Assembly: GCA_029953675.1 (NCBI GenBank)
Contig: JAMWBK010000011.1
Coordinates: 1,302,001 to 1,366,000 of the forward strand
DNA: 64,000 bases
Reading direction: 5' to 3'
Source: Rhodosorus marinus CCMP1338
Taxonomy: Eukaryota; Plantae; Rhodophyta
Shown here: positions 47,250 through 57,955 of the stretch, one piece after another
Layout of the letters: every line of letters begins with the position of its first letter
Numbering within the stretch: the first letter of the stretch is position 1
Notes under the pieces: generated by a model
What the model saw: only the letters and a program-made list of their open reading frames with translations
Databases searched by the model: none
What the model was told of the DNA's origin: nothing
Made by a program: the position numbers and the translations under genes

Positions 47250-48185
47250 TTAATCCATAACGAGTCCTCCGTTCATGTCAATAATTTCTCCCGTGATAAA
47301 ACCCGCCTTTGGGGATATCAGGAATTCCACCGTGTGCGCGAATTCCTCCGGCTCGCAAAATCTTCCCACGGGTATGTACTTGAGGAGCATGCTCGACATA
47401 TCCGCAGGAAAGCTCTCGTTGGCAGCAGTTCTCACGTAGGCAGGGGCGACCCCGTTCACAGTGACATTACATTTCGCACATTCCCTTGCCAACGCAAAAG
47501 TCAAGCTGTGCAAGGCACCCTTGGAGGTCGCAAAGGATACTCCAGTGGTAACACCTCCAGTCTTTGCAGCAAGACTACAAGTGTTAACGATCCTACCCCA
47601 CTTCCGTTGCTTCATTCCTGGTAGCAGTTCTTTGGATAGCAGGAACGCAGAGTCAACGTTCGCCGCAAACACCCGATGCCACTCCGCAAGGGACGTCGCG
47701 TTCGTGGGCTCCTGAGAGTGGGTACCAGCATTATTAATAAGAACGTAGACTGTAGAAAACTCCGAGTCGATTCTCTTGCAAGCCGCAGCTACAGATTCCG
47801 GATCCGTTGCGTCAAAGCAGATCGGGTATAGATTATCATTCGTTGCCTTTTCACCTAGGTTTGCGACCATTTCATTGAGGGCATCTAGGTTGCTGTCGTG
47901 CACCACAACCTATACGTATAATTTGACAGTACAGGGAGTCAAAGCACGTCAAATGCGCGGTTTAGGAACGTGAACGTTTCCGCAAGGGGATTGCTCACTT
48001 TGAAACGAATTCTGAGCAACATATCGACTACGGCCCTTCCGAGCGCTCCAGTGGCACCGGTTACCTACGATTGGGAAAGCGGTCAGCAACGTTAAAATGT
48101 TCAGACCAAGTGGACTCAAATACCCACTCGAAAAGCTCACCATCGCGGTCTTCATGTCCTCACTAAGCTCTCTAATGGGGCTCAT
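47250..48185 (-). CDS. Short-chain dehydrogenase/reductase, FabG-like (3 exons), catalytic Tyr replaced by Phe
   Basis: MSPIRELSEDMKTAM|VTGATGALG...FK|VVVHD; LINNAG; 'CSLAAKTGGVTTGVSFATSKG'; VTVNGVAP; PVGRFCEPEE; FITGEIIDMNGG. Confidence 0.85.
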
Positions 48186-48767
48186 CGTCGCGAGAAAGCG
48201 AGCGGAGAGCCTACTTGAATTCCAGCCAAGCTATCCTCCTCTTACGCAGAAAATTCCTCTCTACAACAACAGAAAAGTTTCGCTATGGGAGTATCCTCGT
48301 CCAAAGCTTTCACGTTCGATGCCAGAACGTGTCCCAGCAAGACAAGGTAGGGCGAGATACTCATAGGCATCTCGCCAATAAGGCCGGACCGCGGGTCCGG
48401 TTCCGCTCGTGATGGAGACGTCTGCTTGGATAAGCTGGTATTTGCGTAACCAACCAAAAGCTCTTGGCCTTTTCTGGTCAATTCTGAGGCTGTGAGAGTT
48501 TGGTTTGCAACGCAACTGGCTCATCTTTTTGACAGATTGTAGAGCCCGAGGGCTTAGCTCGAAATAGTCTACAAGGTCTGCCTCATTCTGATTTTCACTA
48601 CGTTATTTGCTCTGTGAATGTGGTCGCTGTTTCAACGAACAATCACAGCGCCTCAACTCGGGTTTGCCTTTGACATGAACCAACCTCCTACCAAATTGGG
48701 TCCGGCTGGCTGATCAAACGGATGACAGCTCCTATTGATGAGATATACTTGTTTATGTTGCATACGG

Positions 48768-49384
48768 TTAGGTTTCTGGTGTTTTAGCTGTCCATTGTCG
48801 AAGAAGAAGTCCTACTGCTATTATAAGAACGGGGACAAGGAACTTTGCGACTTTCTGGATGAAGCTCTCGTCGTCGTTTTCGGAGGAGATGATACTCTTG
48901 CTTCTTCCTTCCGCGACGTTCTTTTCATGTTCTGCTTTTTCCTCTTCCGTTGGTTCTCGGAGTGTCCCCAAGTATAGATCCTTGAGAGAGTTTCGCGCTT
49001 CGTTTGAGTGCCCCACATCCTCAAACTCTCGTGTCGCATCACGCCCTGGATGGAAAGCACGGCTTTTGTCAGTAACAAACGGTGGAGAACGTGTTCGGCT
49101 AATTCTAACCGTGTCTAAACGTTGGATTCGCAGTTTTCCGAGAAACGTGTGATGGACGCACCTGATGTTTCTACCAAAATATCCTCACCACCTGGGTGGT
49201 CCAAAAGGAAACTGGTTACATCGTACACCTTCCCGTGAATCACCATCCAGCAATCTTTTCGCTTGTTATGCTTTGCGACCTATTGTGAAGAAAAAGAGGA
49301 TTTAAAACCCCTCCAGTAGACGCGGTACTCAGCAAGATTTTAGAACCCCACCTCAAGCAACGAATGCTGCTTCTCTTCGCCCAT
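48768..49384 (-). CDS. CYB5: Cytochrome b5, tail-anchored (3 exons)
   Basis: EVAKHN.RKDCWMVIHGKVYDVTSFLLDHPGGEDIL, DATREFEDVGHS.EAR, C-terminal TM 'FLVPVLIIAVGLLL'. Confidence 0.9.
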
Positions 49385-50159
49385 TTTCGAGGACAGGCAC
49401 ACACCTCCGTCCGAACCTAAACCCAAACTGCACACCAGGAACCCCACTCTTCCCTATTCACGAATATATATGTTCTTGAACTTGAAACGAGAGTCGCCCT
49501 ATCCTGAAAGTCACTATGTCCCAATTGGCGATCAAAACCAGTAACTCAAGATGACATTTTCTGGTTGGCACGGTAATGGCACACCGCGCTCAATAACGGT
49601 TGGCGCTCTACTAAAGTATTGACCAGCCGGGGTTACCTACCTACAACGCGACATTGCGCTCGAAGTCCAGGTCAGGGGTGGAAGTCCTCATCTTATTATG
49701 TTCTCATCGAAAAACATTTTTGGAAGGTTGACTATCGATGAGAGCCAAAAGCGTGAACTGGATATTTCCTGCTTCCGCCTTCAGCGGACGGAGTTGTAAA
49801 AGTATTTCGCGTCTTAAAAGCCCACTATCTGAACAAACCTTGCCGGAGTCAATCCTGACCTAACCGAGACGCCGTGGAATAACCAGATTCTAGCTGTATT
49901 GCGCTGAGTTTGCATAGAAAGTGCAAGAGGCATGGCCGGAACTCGAAAACAAACAAGAGCTTCAGGTATAGACAATTACCCCTACCGAATGCGCCTGAAA
50001 ATTGGGACGATTGTTGCTCCCCCGTTTATCTACGAAGGCATAGTGTCTTTAGAGATGGGTTGAAGTGGGTGCGTTGGCGAGCGGGGGAGGATGTTTGGTG
50101 CTGGTTATCGGTGAAGTTCTTGTTCGATAGTCGTTGTCACCATAGTTGGTGGTATCATC

Positions 50160-52276
50160 ATGGTGTCCAACGACAGCGACACATTGAGGTCGCTTGCTTT
50201 GGAGAACATGAAACGGACCGTTGCGTTCTTTGGTGGGCATGCGTCGGATGGAAAGGGGGATGAGGGCGAAGATGAGGATGCGAAGATGCTGAAGCTTAAA
50301 GTAAAGTATAACTTAAACTTCCACCAGAGCAATGTGGCCATGGCCGCCATGAGAGAGCATGATCGGAGGAGCAAGTCAAGGAAACAGGTTCGTGCTACGA
50401 GTGGGAAGCAAGATGACGAACATCCCAGCGCAAAGAAGTTAAAAACTGAAGAACCAACCGATGAGGAACCATCGCTAATCGATGATAAAACAATCGAACA
50501 AATAGAGACGGCTTCTTTGGCGAAGGACTTGGTTGCTGGTGGGTCGGCTAAATCGAGCGCAGGGAACACCGCGTAGGTTCCTCCAGACTCTTCTCAAGGG
50601 TGGCAAGCACCTATCTGAAAATTCTAACGTTCCGAGTTTGCGTTCGTCCCTTTTCCCCTTGCAAACAACAGACTGACCGTGCTTACAAATCCAAAGAACT
50701 TTGGGCGTGTGAAGACGGAGAACCCCGGAGTTACCAACGCTCTGGCAATTGCTCAGGACAGACCGGACTGGCACCCACCGTGGAAGCTCTATAGAGTATT
50801 GATGGGACACCTTGGGTGGGTACGTTCCGTTGCAGTCGATCCGGCCAACGAGTGGTTTTGCACAGGCGCGGCCGACCGGACGATAAAGATATGGGACCTA
50901 GCATCTGGAAAGCTCAAACTTACTCTCACAGGTAAGGTTGATCCCTTGAACATTGACGAACATGGCGGGCTTCTTTTGGATTGAAGAGAGGGTCATTCTT
51001 GAATTGTGCACACAATTTCAATCGTATTGAACCCTTAATGTTGTTTTCCGGGCGTCGCCCAGGTCATATCGGAGCTGTTAGAGGGTTGGCTATTTCCGAC
51101 CGTCACCCTTATATGTTCTCCGCTGGGGATGATAAGCAGGTCAAATGTTGGGACCTTGAATATAACAAAGTCATCCGGAACTATCATGGACATTTGTCAG
51201 GTACGTTTTCGTGCCTGGCCTGATTGCTCGCTTAAACTTGACTGCCGTGCGGGCTGTTTCAACACACACTACTTTGGGGCGCACCTCTAACGTGCAAATG
51301 GTATTCGTTCCAGGCGTCTACGCTGCGGAGGTACATCCTAGTCTAGATCTACTTGTGACCGGTGGACGCGATGCAACTATCCGTGTTTGGGACATGCGTA
51401 CGAAAGCGCAAGTATTCGCACTGGGTGGGCACCGGCATACCATCAACTCGATTCAAACGCAGAAGGTGGATCCTCAAATAATCTCGGGATCAGCAGACTC
51501 TATGGTACGACGAAATTCGAGATAGAAATTGATGCACTTTTTCTACCGTTGCAGCCGTCAATCTCACGAAGTTTCTGCATTCATCAGATACGTCTGTGGG
51601 ACCTTGCGGCAGGGAAGAGTATGTCAACTCTGACAAACCACAAGAAAGGCGTACGAGCGGTTGCCTGCAATCCGAGGGAGTTCTCGTTTGCTTCGGCGTC
51701 TGCTGACAACATCAAGGTTGGCGTTTTACCTCTCCTGCACTTGTTTTTTCGTTGCGCCTGCCCAACGGTGGAGCTCTGATTCTTTTTGTTTTCATATCGT
51801 GTAGACCTGGCGACTTCCCGAAGGTGTGTTCATGCGCAACTTGAGCGGACACAACGTGATCGTGAACTCGCTTTCCGTAAACGACGTAAGATAACCAATC
51901 CAGAGGACTGCGTGTCAGCGGGCTAGATGCAGGGCGAAAGCTCGAAACATGCAATTCTGAAATTTAATTTATATGGTTCTTCACTGTCGCCTTGAACTGC
52001 TAGGATGGCGTCATGGTCTCCGGCGGCGATGACGGTACTTTGGCCTTTTGGGACTACCAGTCTGCACATGAGTTTTATCGTACGCAGACTCAAGTCCAAC
52101 CCGGCTCGCTTGACTGCGAGGCTGGTATCTTCGGCTCTGCGTTCGATATGACTGGCACCAGGTTGATCACTGTGGAGACTGACAAAACTGTGAAAATGTG
52201 GAAGGAGGACAACCAGGCCACACCAGAAACCCACCCACTCAGCTGGAAGCCTAACATACTCCCGCAACGATATTAA
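50160..52276 (+). CDS. PLRG1: Pleiotropic regulator 1 / Prp46 WD40 spliceosome protein (multi-exon)
   Basis: [86 protein letters not shown]...FD.TG.RLIT.E.DKT.KMWKED..ATPETHP. Confidence 0.95.
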
Positions 52277-52356
52277 TTGTAAACTAACAAAACCCCCCAA
52301 GGCAAAGCATTTTTGATAATGAGATCACTTGAAGCTTCCGAATAGCAATGGCATTG

Positions 52357-53490
52357 TCAAGCACAACCTCCCCGAGAGCCCCGACAAGTACAACCGCATT
52401 TTCCAAACGCCAGGTTTCCGGTGCAATCAGCGGAAAGCGAAGCCCCGGCCTTTTCAGGCACGACCGCCTGCTTTGAGGCCGGTGCTTCGTTGCTTTCTGC
52501 CATGTACATTGTACTTCGGTGGTCGTCGATGAGCTCATTGTCCGTTTTAACTTTGACGTCAAGTTCCTGAAGAACCGACTGCTGTTGCTTGCGCACATAC
52601 TTCCTTCTAATGTTCGGGTCCAGTAGTGGGTGGCTCATAACTCGCCAGTGGTAGACTTCCCTTTTTATGGCCATAACTTTCGCGTCAGACTCCATCTTGT
52701 ACCGGCAGAGCTCCTCCAGGTCCGCGATGAGCTGCTTGTTGGCATCGTCTACAATTCGACCAACCAATGGTGGTGGCGCTTTACCAACCCCAAGCTCGGC
52801 TTCGGATGCCTTCCTCTTTCGACTTGTTGTACGAGTACTTGTCGATCCCTTCTCACCCTTTGGGCCGGGCGACATAAACCCCGGAGCTTCCATGACCCCC
52901 AAGACTCCTCTTAAGATATCCCCATCGCCACGTTGACCCGGACTATGGGTACCGAAACCTAATTCTTGCTGAGCCATCTCAGTGGCAGGCCTACCAGATA
53001 ATACATTCTGACTTCTTAAGTATCGATATGCAGCCAAGTGGGGGTAGCTGGGCCCTGAAACATCGTCGACCAAGTATGCTGCCTGAGCTTCGGACAGGTT
53101 TCCGCCTCGGTTGTACAAGTGTGTAGCAATCTTAATCTTCTCATCCGGTGTGGACTGGTATAAAAACTCACTCCCGTCCATCTCGACGGCGAGAAGTTTT
53201 TCGTGAAACTTCAGGGTCGCAGCGCTTATCTTCAGCCACGCCTTATGGCATGCCGTTGGTGTCCTCGACTCCCAGTGCACTGTTGTATTAAGCTCTTGCA
53301 ATATATCAGCTTCTTTCAATCCAACCAAGGCCTCGCGTTTTGGTTTGTGCTTGAGGAACGCGTCCCGCAACCGCACCGCATACGAGCTGGTCTCGGGCTT
53401 GGATATCACAGCATCATTACCAGACAGCCGTATAGCGGCCTTGCAGAGAGCAATCTCTTCAGTCTCAGTCCATCTAGCAGACCTCCCCAT
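52357..53490 (-). CDS. Myb/SANT-like protein of the NAM-associated / Harbinger ORF1 type (377 aa, intronless)
   Basis: 'WTETEEIALCKA...' followed by 'RTPTACHKAWLKI...KF...SG/ST.DE.IKIA..LY' helical pattern and a basic NLS-like 'RKRK'. Confidence 0.55.
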   Translation of the reverse strand: MGRSARWTETEEIALCKAAIRLSGNDAVISKPETSSYAVRLRDAFLKHKPKREALVGLKEADILQELNTTVHWESRTPTACHKAWLKISAATLKFHEKLLAVEMDGSEFLYQSTPDEKIKIATHLYNRGGNLSEAQAAYLVDDVSGPSYPHLAAYRYLRSQNVLSGRPATEMAQQELGFGTHSPGQRGDGDILRGVLGVMEAPGFMSPGPKGEKGSTSTRTTSRKRKASEAELGVGKAPPPLVGRIVDDANKQLIADLEELCRYKMESDAKVMAIKREVYHWRVMSHPLLDPNIRRKYVRKQQQSVLQELDVKVKTDNELIDDHRSTMYMAESNEAPASKQAVVPEKAGASLSADCTGNLAFGKCGCTCRGSRGGCA

Positions 53491-54740
53491 CCCTCATCCA
53501 ATGCTAGCTAGCCCTACCCACGTACGTTATTTTTTCGCTATCCCTCCCAAGCCCAGCGCCGACTTTCCTCCCCGTCTTCTCTTGCCACAATCGAAACTCA
53601 TGAACATGAACGAATCTCGAGAGGCTTTCATGGATTCCGGTATATACCAGAATCCTATCAGAGGCCTCCAATTTCGGGTTTGAGGATCTGGTCGAGGGCC
53701 CGACGGGTTCCGTACCAAAGCTGCCACCCGCTTGAGCTTTGACTTATAAGATGCAGTTCAGGATACTTGGTAGCGAATAAGATGAGCGTACTTGGAAGTC
53801 CAGTTCAAGCTGCGAACGGCATCCGAGCGAGAAGGGCAGAATCTGATGGAGTAACACAAACCCTATGATTTATGACTTCAAGGTGACTGACGCTCCTTAC
53901 AAAATAGTTTTTCTTGAATTTGGGTTATTTTAAGGTAGTTTCTGGTTGGCACAAATCGCGATTTGCCGCAGAGTGGGGATACTAGTTGACCATCTGACCA
54001 GCTGGGCCGATGCCCACCAGTGGTTGGGTGGTTGCTCGCATTATGCAAACGTTATAGTTTCCTTGTACGTCCTTGTGATCTTCCTAAGAAGTGAAACTGC
54101 AGTGGTTCCTTGACGGGAGCACTTGCTGAAGAATGGCTAGTGGAGAACCGGTTCGATTGCCTGACGACCAGTTCTCGTTCTGGGGAGGTCAAGGACGAGG
54201 CTAGGTCAATTTTGCGTTTGAAATCTGGCTTGACTGTTGAGCAATAATTTCACTAATAGCGCATGTCTGTTTTGAAGTGCTCGTCACCGGTCTTAGAAGT
54301 GCTCCCCCAGGTTTCCGAACCGGCATGCCCTTGCACGAAAGAGCTGCAACGCACTCGATGAACAAGAGGTAGAAACTAGAACCCGTACTAGTGTCAGCTC
54401 ACAGACCACCGTGAACGACCGATCAAAGCCTATTATCGACTACAAGCAGCGGATGTATCGACTGAACTCAGGTAGGTGTCCAGAGCGCCAAACTGCGCCT
54501 CTGCAGATGGAGTTACGGCTTTACAGTTCGCAATCACCGTACAAGCAATACACATCCATGCTGTTGACGAAGAGCGCGTCCGTGAAGGCTTGTGCTCTTT
54601 ACTGTACAGGCAGGCTCCTACCAATCACCTTGCCCAAACAACTACTATTCGCGGCGGGTCGGTTTCGATCGCTTGGAACCTGCACTTGGCTCGAACGGAG
54701 CGAGCGTGAAGTTCGGCGCGAGCGTCATGGACTCAAAGCA

Positions 54741-56723
54741 CTAGCCGATTGGAACACCGTCCACAACATCGTTCCCACTGCCACCAAAATTGTAATCTGT
54801 TCCCGATCCACTGATAATCGTGTCATCTCCACCGCTTCCCCGGTTGTAGTTGATTCCTGATTCTTCCTCTATTAAGTCGTCCCCATTCCCTCCGTAAGAC
54901 CGGTCATCGTCTGAACCGCCGTACAAACTATCCGAGCCGGATTCTCCGTACAAGAGATCGTTGCCGCTGTTTCCTGCAATGTTATCATCCCCGCTACCGC
55001 CACGGAGCTCATCGTCATCCTCCCCACCCTCAATAAAGTCCGCACCGGAGCCACCTTGAACGAAGTCGTCGCCCAACCCACCGCTGATCGTATCAGTACC
55101 CTTTCCCCCGGTTATTTCATCATCTCCGTCTCCACCGTCAATGGAATTGTTTCCGTCTTCATCGTAGATTTGGTCATCACCGTCCCCACCAAAATTACGA
55201 TCGTCAAGCGGGCCAGAGCGAATGAAGTCGTGTCCAGCGCCACCATAATTGGAGTTGGATCCTTCGAGGTCAATGATCGCGTCATTCCCTCCCCCCCCGA
55301 ACGACAGGTCATTCGCTGCGCCACCGTATAGGCGGTCCATTCCCTCGCCTCCGTAGAGGGTATCATCTTTGGATCCTCCATGCACCAGATCATTTCCTTC
55401 TCCGCCAAAGACTCGGTCGTCGTCAGCGCCTCCATAAAGCAGATCATCACCCTCGTCCCCGTACACGAGATCGTCTCCAGCGTTGCCCAGAACTATGTCC
55501 TCGTCGTGACCTCCGCGAATGAGGTCTGCGCCCTTTCCGCCGTGGACATCATCCCGTCCATATCCACCAATGATGATATCCTCGCCTTGGCCAGCTCTCA
55601 TAAAATCGTCCCCTTCGCCCCCAGACAGGTAATCATTGCCAAATCGACCCCATATTCGGTCGTTGCCATCACCTCCGTACATTAAGTCGTTTCCAGATGA
55701 TCCATCCAAAGTATCATCACCCTCACCACCCAACAATGTATCGTCTCCAAGTCCGCCATCCAACAAGTCATCACCCTCGCCTAACTCCAGAACATCATTC
55801 CCTTCCTCCCCATAAGCCGAATCATCACCAAGACCCCCAGAAATAGTGTCGTTACCAATGCCACCCTGAATAAAGTCGTCTCCGTCTTCACCGAGGAGCG
55901 TATCGGAACCCTCTTCACCCGAGATGGCGTCGTTTCCGTGACCACCGAAAATCTCGTCATCTCCTTCTCCTCCAAAAATTATGTCGTTGCCGCCCAGACC
56001 GTACATCTTGTCATCCCCTCCAAGTCCATAGATCAAGTCGATTCCTTCTGTTCCGAATATGACGTCCGCATCTTCGCTGCCGTATATCTTGTTCATGCAA
56101 GAGAAGCTGACTGAGCATAGGCTGCCACCAGATTCATCTTCGTCGTTCTCGCAATCCTTGTTGTCAACTGGTCTGGTCATAACCGAGCTGGAACCGTCGA
56201 TCATCTCCGCCTTTGCGATTATGCATGTATCTGTGTTGCAGCAGTCCCCGGAGGCTGATGCAATTTGGTCCAGGCAGATGTCAACTCTATTGGCAATCGG
56301 GTCGAATCCCGCCATCGAGTCGTCAAGAGTGATGGGGAATCTGTGCGGAACAGTGGGCAGGTCCTCATTATTGCAGCTTTTGAACACGCCGAGCGCGACG
56401 CTCACAAGAGTAGCTCCATTTCTTGCCCCGAACCTGACCCGAACACATGGAGTGTCATCTTCCACCACCGATTTGATGCATAAACTACCAAGCTTGGTTC
56501 CGTCCGCCGTCTTCATGCCCACACAGTACTCCTGAAAGCTTGCTCCGAAGGCACCCGGAACCCAGCTCTCTGCACATGTTCCACCCAGCTGTCTAGAATT
56601 CCATTCTAAAGGACGAGAGCTGCGCAATGTGCTTCCAGAATGGGTCAGCACCAGCCCTTCTATATCCAGGATCAAAGCAGCAGCGCCAACGGCTAGTAAC
56701 ACTGCTTGAGAGAGGACCTTCAT
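54741..56723 (-). CDS. Secreted RTX/hemolysin-type Ca2+-binding repeat protein (660 aa, intronless)
   Basis: Signal peptide MKVLSQAVLLAVGAAALIL; Cys-rich ~160-aa domain; then ~440 aa of near-continuous GGxGxDx(L/I)x nonapeptides to the C-terminus. Confidence 0.9.
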   Translation of the reverse strand: MKVLSQAVLLAVGAAALILDIEGLVLTHSGSTLRSSRPLEWNSRQLGGTCAESWVPGAFGASFQEYCVGMKTADGTKLGSLCIKSVVEDDTPCVRVRFGARNGATLVSVALGVFKSCNNEDLPTVPHRFPITLDDSMAGFDPIANRVDICLDQIASASGDCCNTDTCIIAKAEMIDGSSSVMTRPVDNKDCENDEDESGGSLCSVSFSCMNKIYGSEDADVIFGTEGIDLIYGLGGDDKMYGLGGNDIIFGGEGDDEIFGGHGNDAISGEEGSDTLLGEDGDDFIQGGIGNDTISGGLGDDSAYGEEGNDVLELGEGDDLLDGGLGDDTLLGGEGDDTLDGSSGNDLMYGGDGNDRIWGRFGNDYLSGGEGDDFMRAGQGEDIIIGGYGRDDVHGGKGADLIRGGHDEDIVLGNAGDDLVYGDEGDDLLYGGADDDRVFGGEGNDLVHGGSKDDTLYGGEGMDRLYGGAANDLSFGGGGNDAIIDLEGSNSNYGGAGHDFIRSGPLDDRNFGGDGDDQIYDEDGNNSIDGGDGDDEITGGKGTDTISGGLGDDFVQGGSGADFIEGGEDDDELRGGSGDDNIAGNSGNDLLYGESGSDSLYGGSDDDRSYGGNGDDLIEEESGINYNRGSGGDDTIISGSGTDYNFGGSGNDVVDGVPIG

Positions 56724-57095
56724 GCTTCGCTGGCCTTGGTTAGAAATCCCCGCTAACCGCCTTGCCCCACAACATCGACTCGCTTTCCTTCCACATCCAA
56801 CTCACGCTTGAATGCTCCTTGCAGTACCTGTCCGTTCCGCAAGTGATGGTAAAAACGTGCATTTATAACACTGTTATTTAACTTCTGGCTTTTTGCTCAA
56901 CTAGCATTTAAGCACATGCAAGTCTGTGCACTCAAGCCTCTATATTTCTTGTTATTTTTACGTATTTTCATGTTTTTAAGTTATTATTTCATGTTCATTC
57001 TTGTTTCTGATGCCTTATTTTCGTGCTTTGGGGCCCAGATTTGCACAACTTTAGCTTATTTTTAGGTGCTCGAAGCTCTTATTTGATTTTAAGGT

Positions 57096-57130
57096 TTACG
57101 TTAGCCTGGGGTTACTACGTTAGTCTGGGG
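57096..57130 (+). repeat. Two tandem copies of the 16-mer TTACGTTAG(T/C)CTGGGG at the left edge of the retroelement cluster
   Basis: 'ttacgttagcctgggg ttac tacgttagtctgggg' read directly. Confidence 0.85.
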
Positions 57131-57136
57131 TAAATC

Positions 57137-57635
57137 GATCGTGAACGCAGAGCCAGAATACGCTCCGCTGCAGGAGCCGGTTCAGGCGCATGGCTACGAG
57201 CTTTACCACACTTTGGCCTGCGCAAATTGAGCGTTCCGGGAATGCAGGTGAGTATTCGACAACTGTTGGGGTTGCCGATTCCAGGATTACGGACGACGGA
57301 GAGGTGTACTACTTGTCTTAGTACGTATCGTACTAATGGCGTACAAAGATTTCACCACTGTCGTACCTCGACTGAGCTGTGGCAAAGGCGCCATGATGAG
57401 ATATGTACTGAGCTGGCGAGATGGCTTAACCGTTGGCAATTTCGAGAGGTCAAGCAAGAACCCATAGACTACTTTACGAACTCGAATCTACGACCTGATC
57501 TAGTGAGTATCCACCCTAGGACATGGCAACGTTTTGCCGTTTTGTGACAGTAATCTCACCCCTCCAAGCACGGCACCTACCTAAGGGCCACGACACCAAC
57601 GGATACGCCGTGAAACATGCTGAGAGATGGAAATC
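57137..57635 (+). mobile_element. 5'-truncated, degenerate CRE-like (RLE) non-LTR retrotransposon fragment, family B
   Basis: RARIRSAAGAGSGAWL...QVSIRQLLGLP...CTTC...HHC...RRHDEICTELARW...LRPDLV, i.e. CCHC finger plus start of a restriction-like endonuclease; homologous to 58400-58900 on the minus strand. Confidence 0.85.
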
Positions 57636-57665
57636 CCTGGTCACTTTCACGCCAGGAATCGATAA

Positions 57666-57954
57666 CCCCAGACGAACGTAACTGTAAGCTTTCTTGGGCA
57701 GCCGCCTATTGCGGCGTAACATTACGTCTATCACTATTTAGGGAATCGCTTACCGCAACCCCGCTACCGGGGTCTCATGCTACGTTCAAAAGAAAAAACA
57801 GGGACCAGTGGATTATCCAGCTGGTCCACACGCAAAGCGCCCGGGCCAATCGCCGCGTTTCCGAGCCATAACATCCTGTTCAATTGAGAACGCAAGTCAC
57901 GTAGCTCCTCGTTTCTATTCAACAGGTGTTTGCAACTATCCCGCAGGAAATCTT
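57666..57954 (-). mobile_element. Short (~290 bp) 5'-truncated 3' end of a family B CRE-like element, in tandem with the next copy
   Basis: Diverged direct repeat of 57956-58272 (e.g. gctaccggggtctca.gctacgttcaaaagaaaaaa, agctcctcgtttctat..aacaggtgtttgcaact); ends in the 16-mer. Confidence 0.85.
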
Positions 57955-57955
57955 A

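Noticed and set aside
54741-56723. Bacterial contamination or a type I secretion operon around the RTX gene
   Set aside because: N-terminal cleavable signal peptide, no HlyB/HlyD/TolC neighbours, and it is flanked by intron-containing genes and eukaryotic retroelements.
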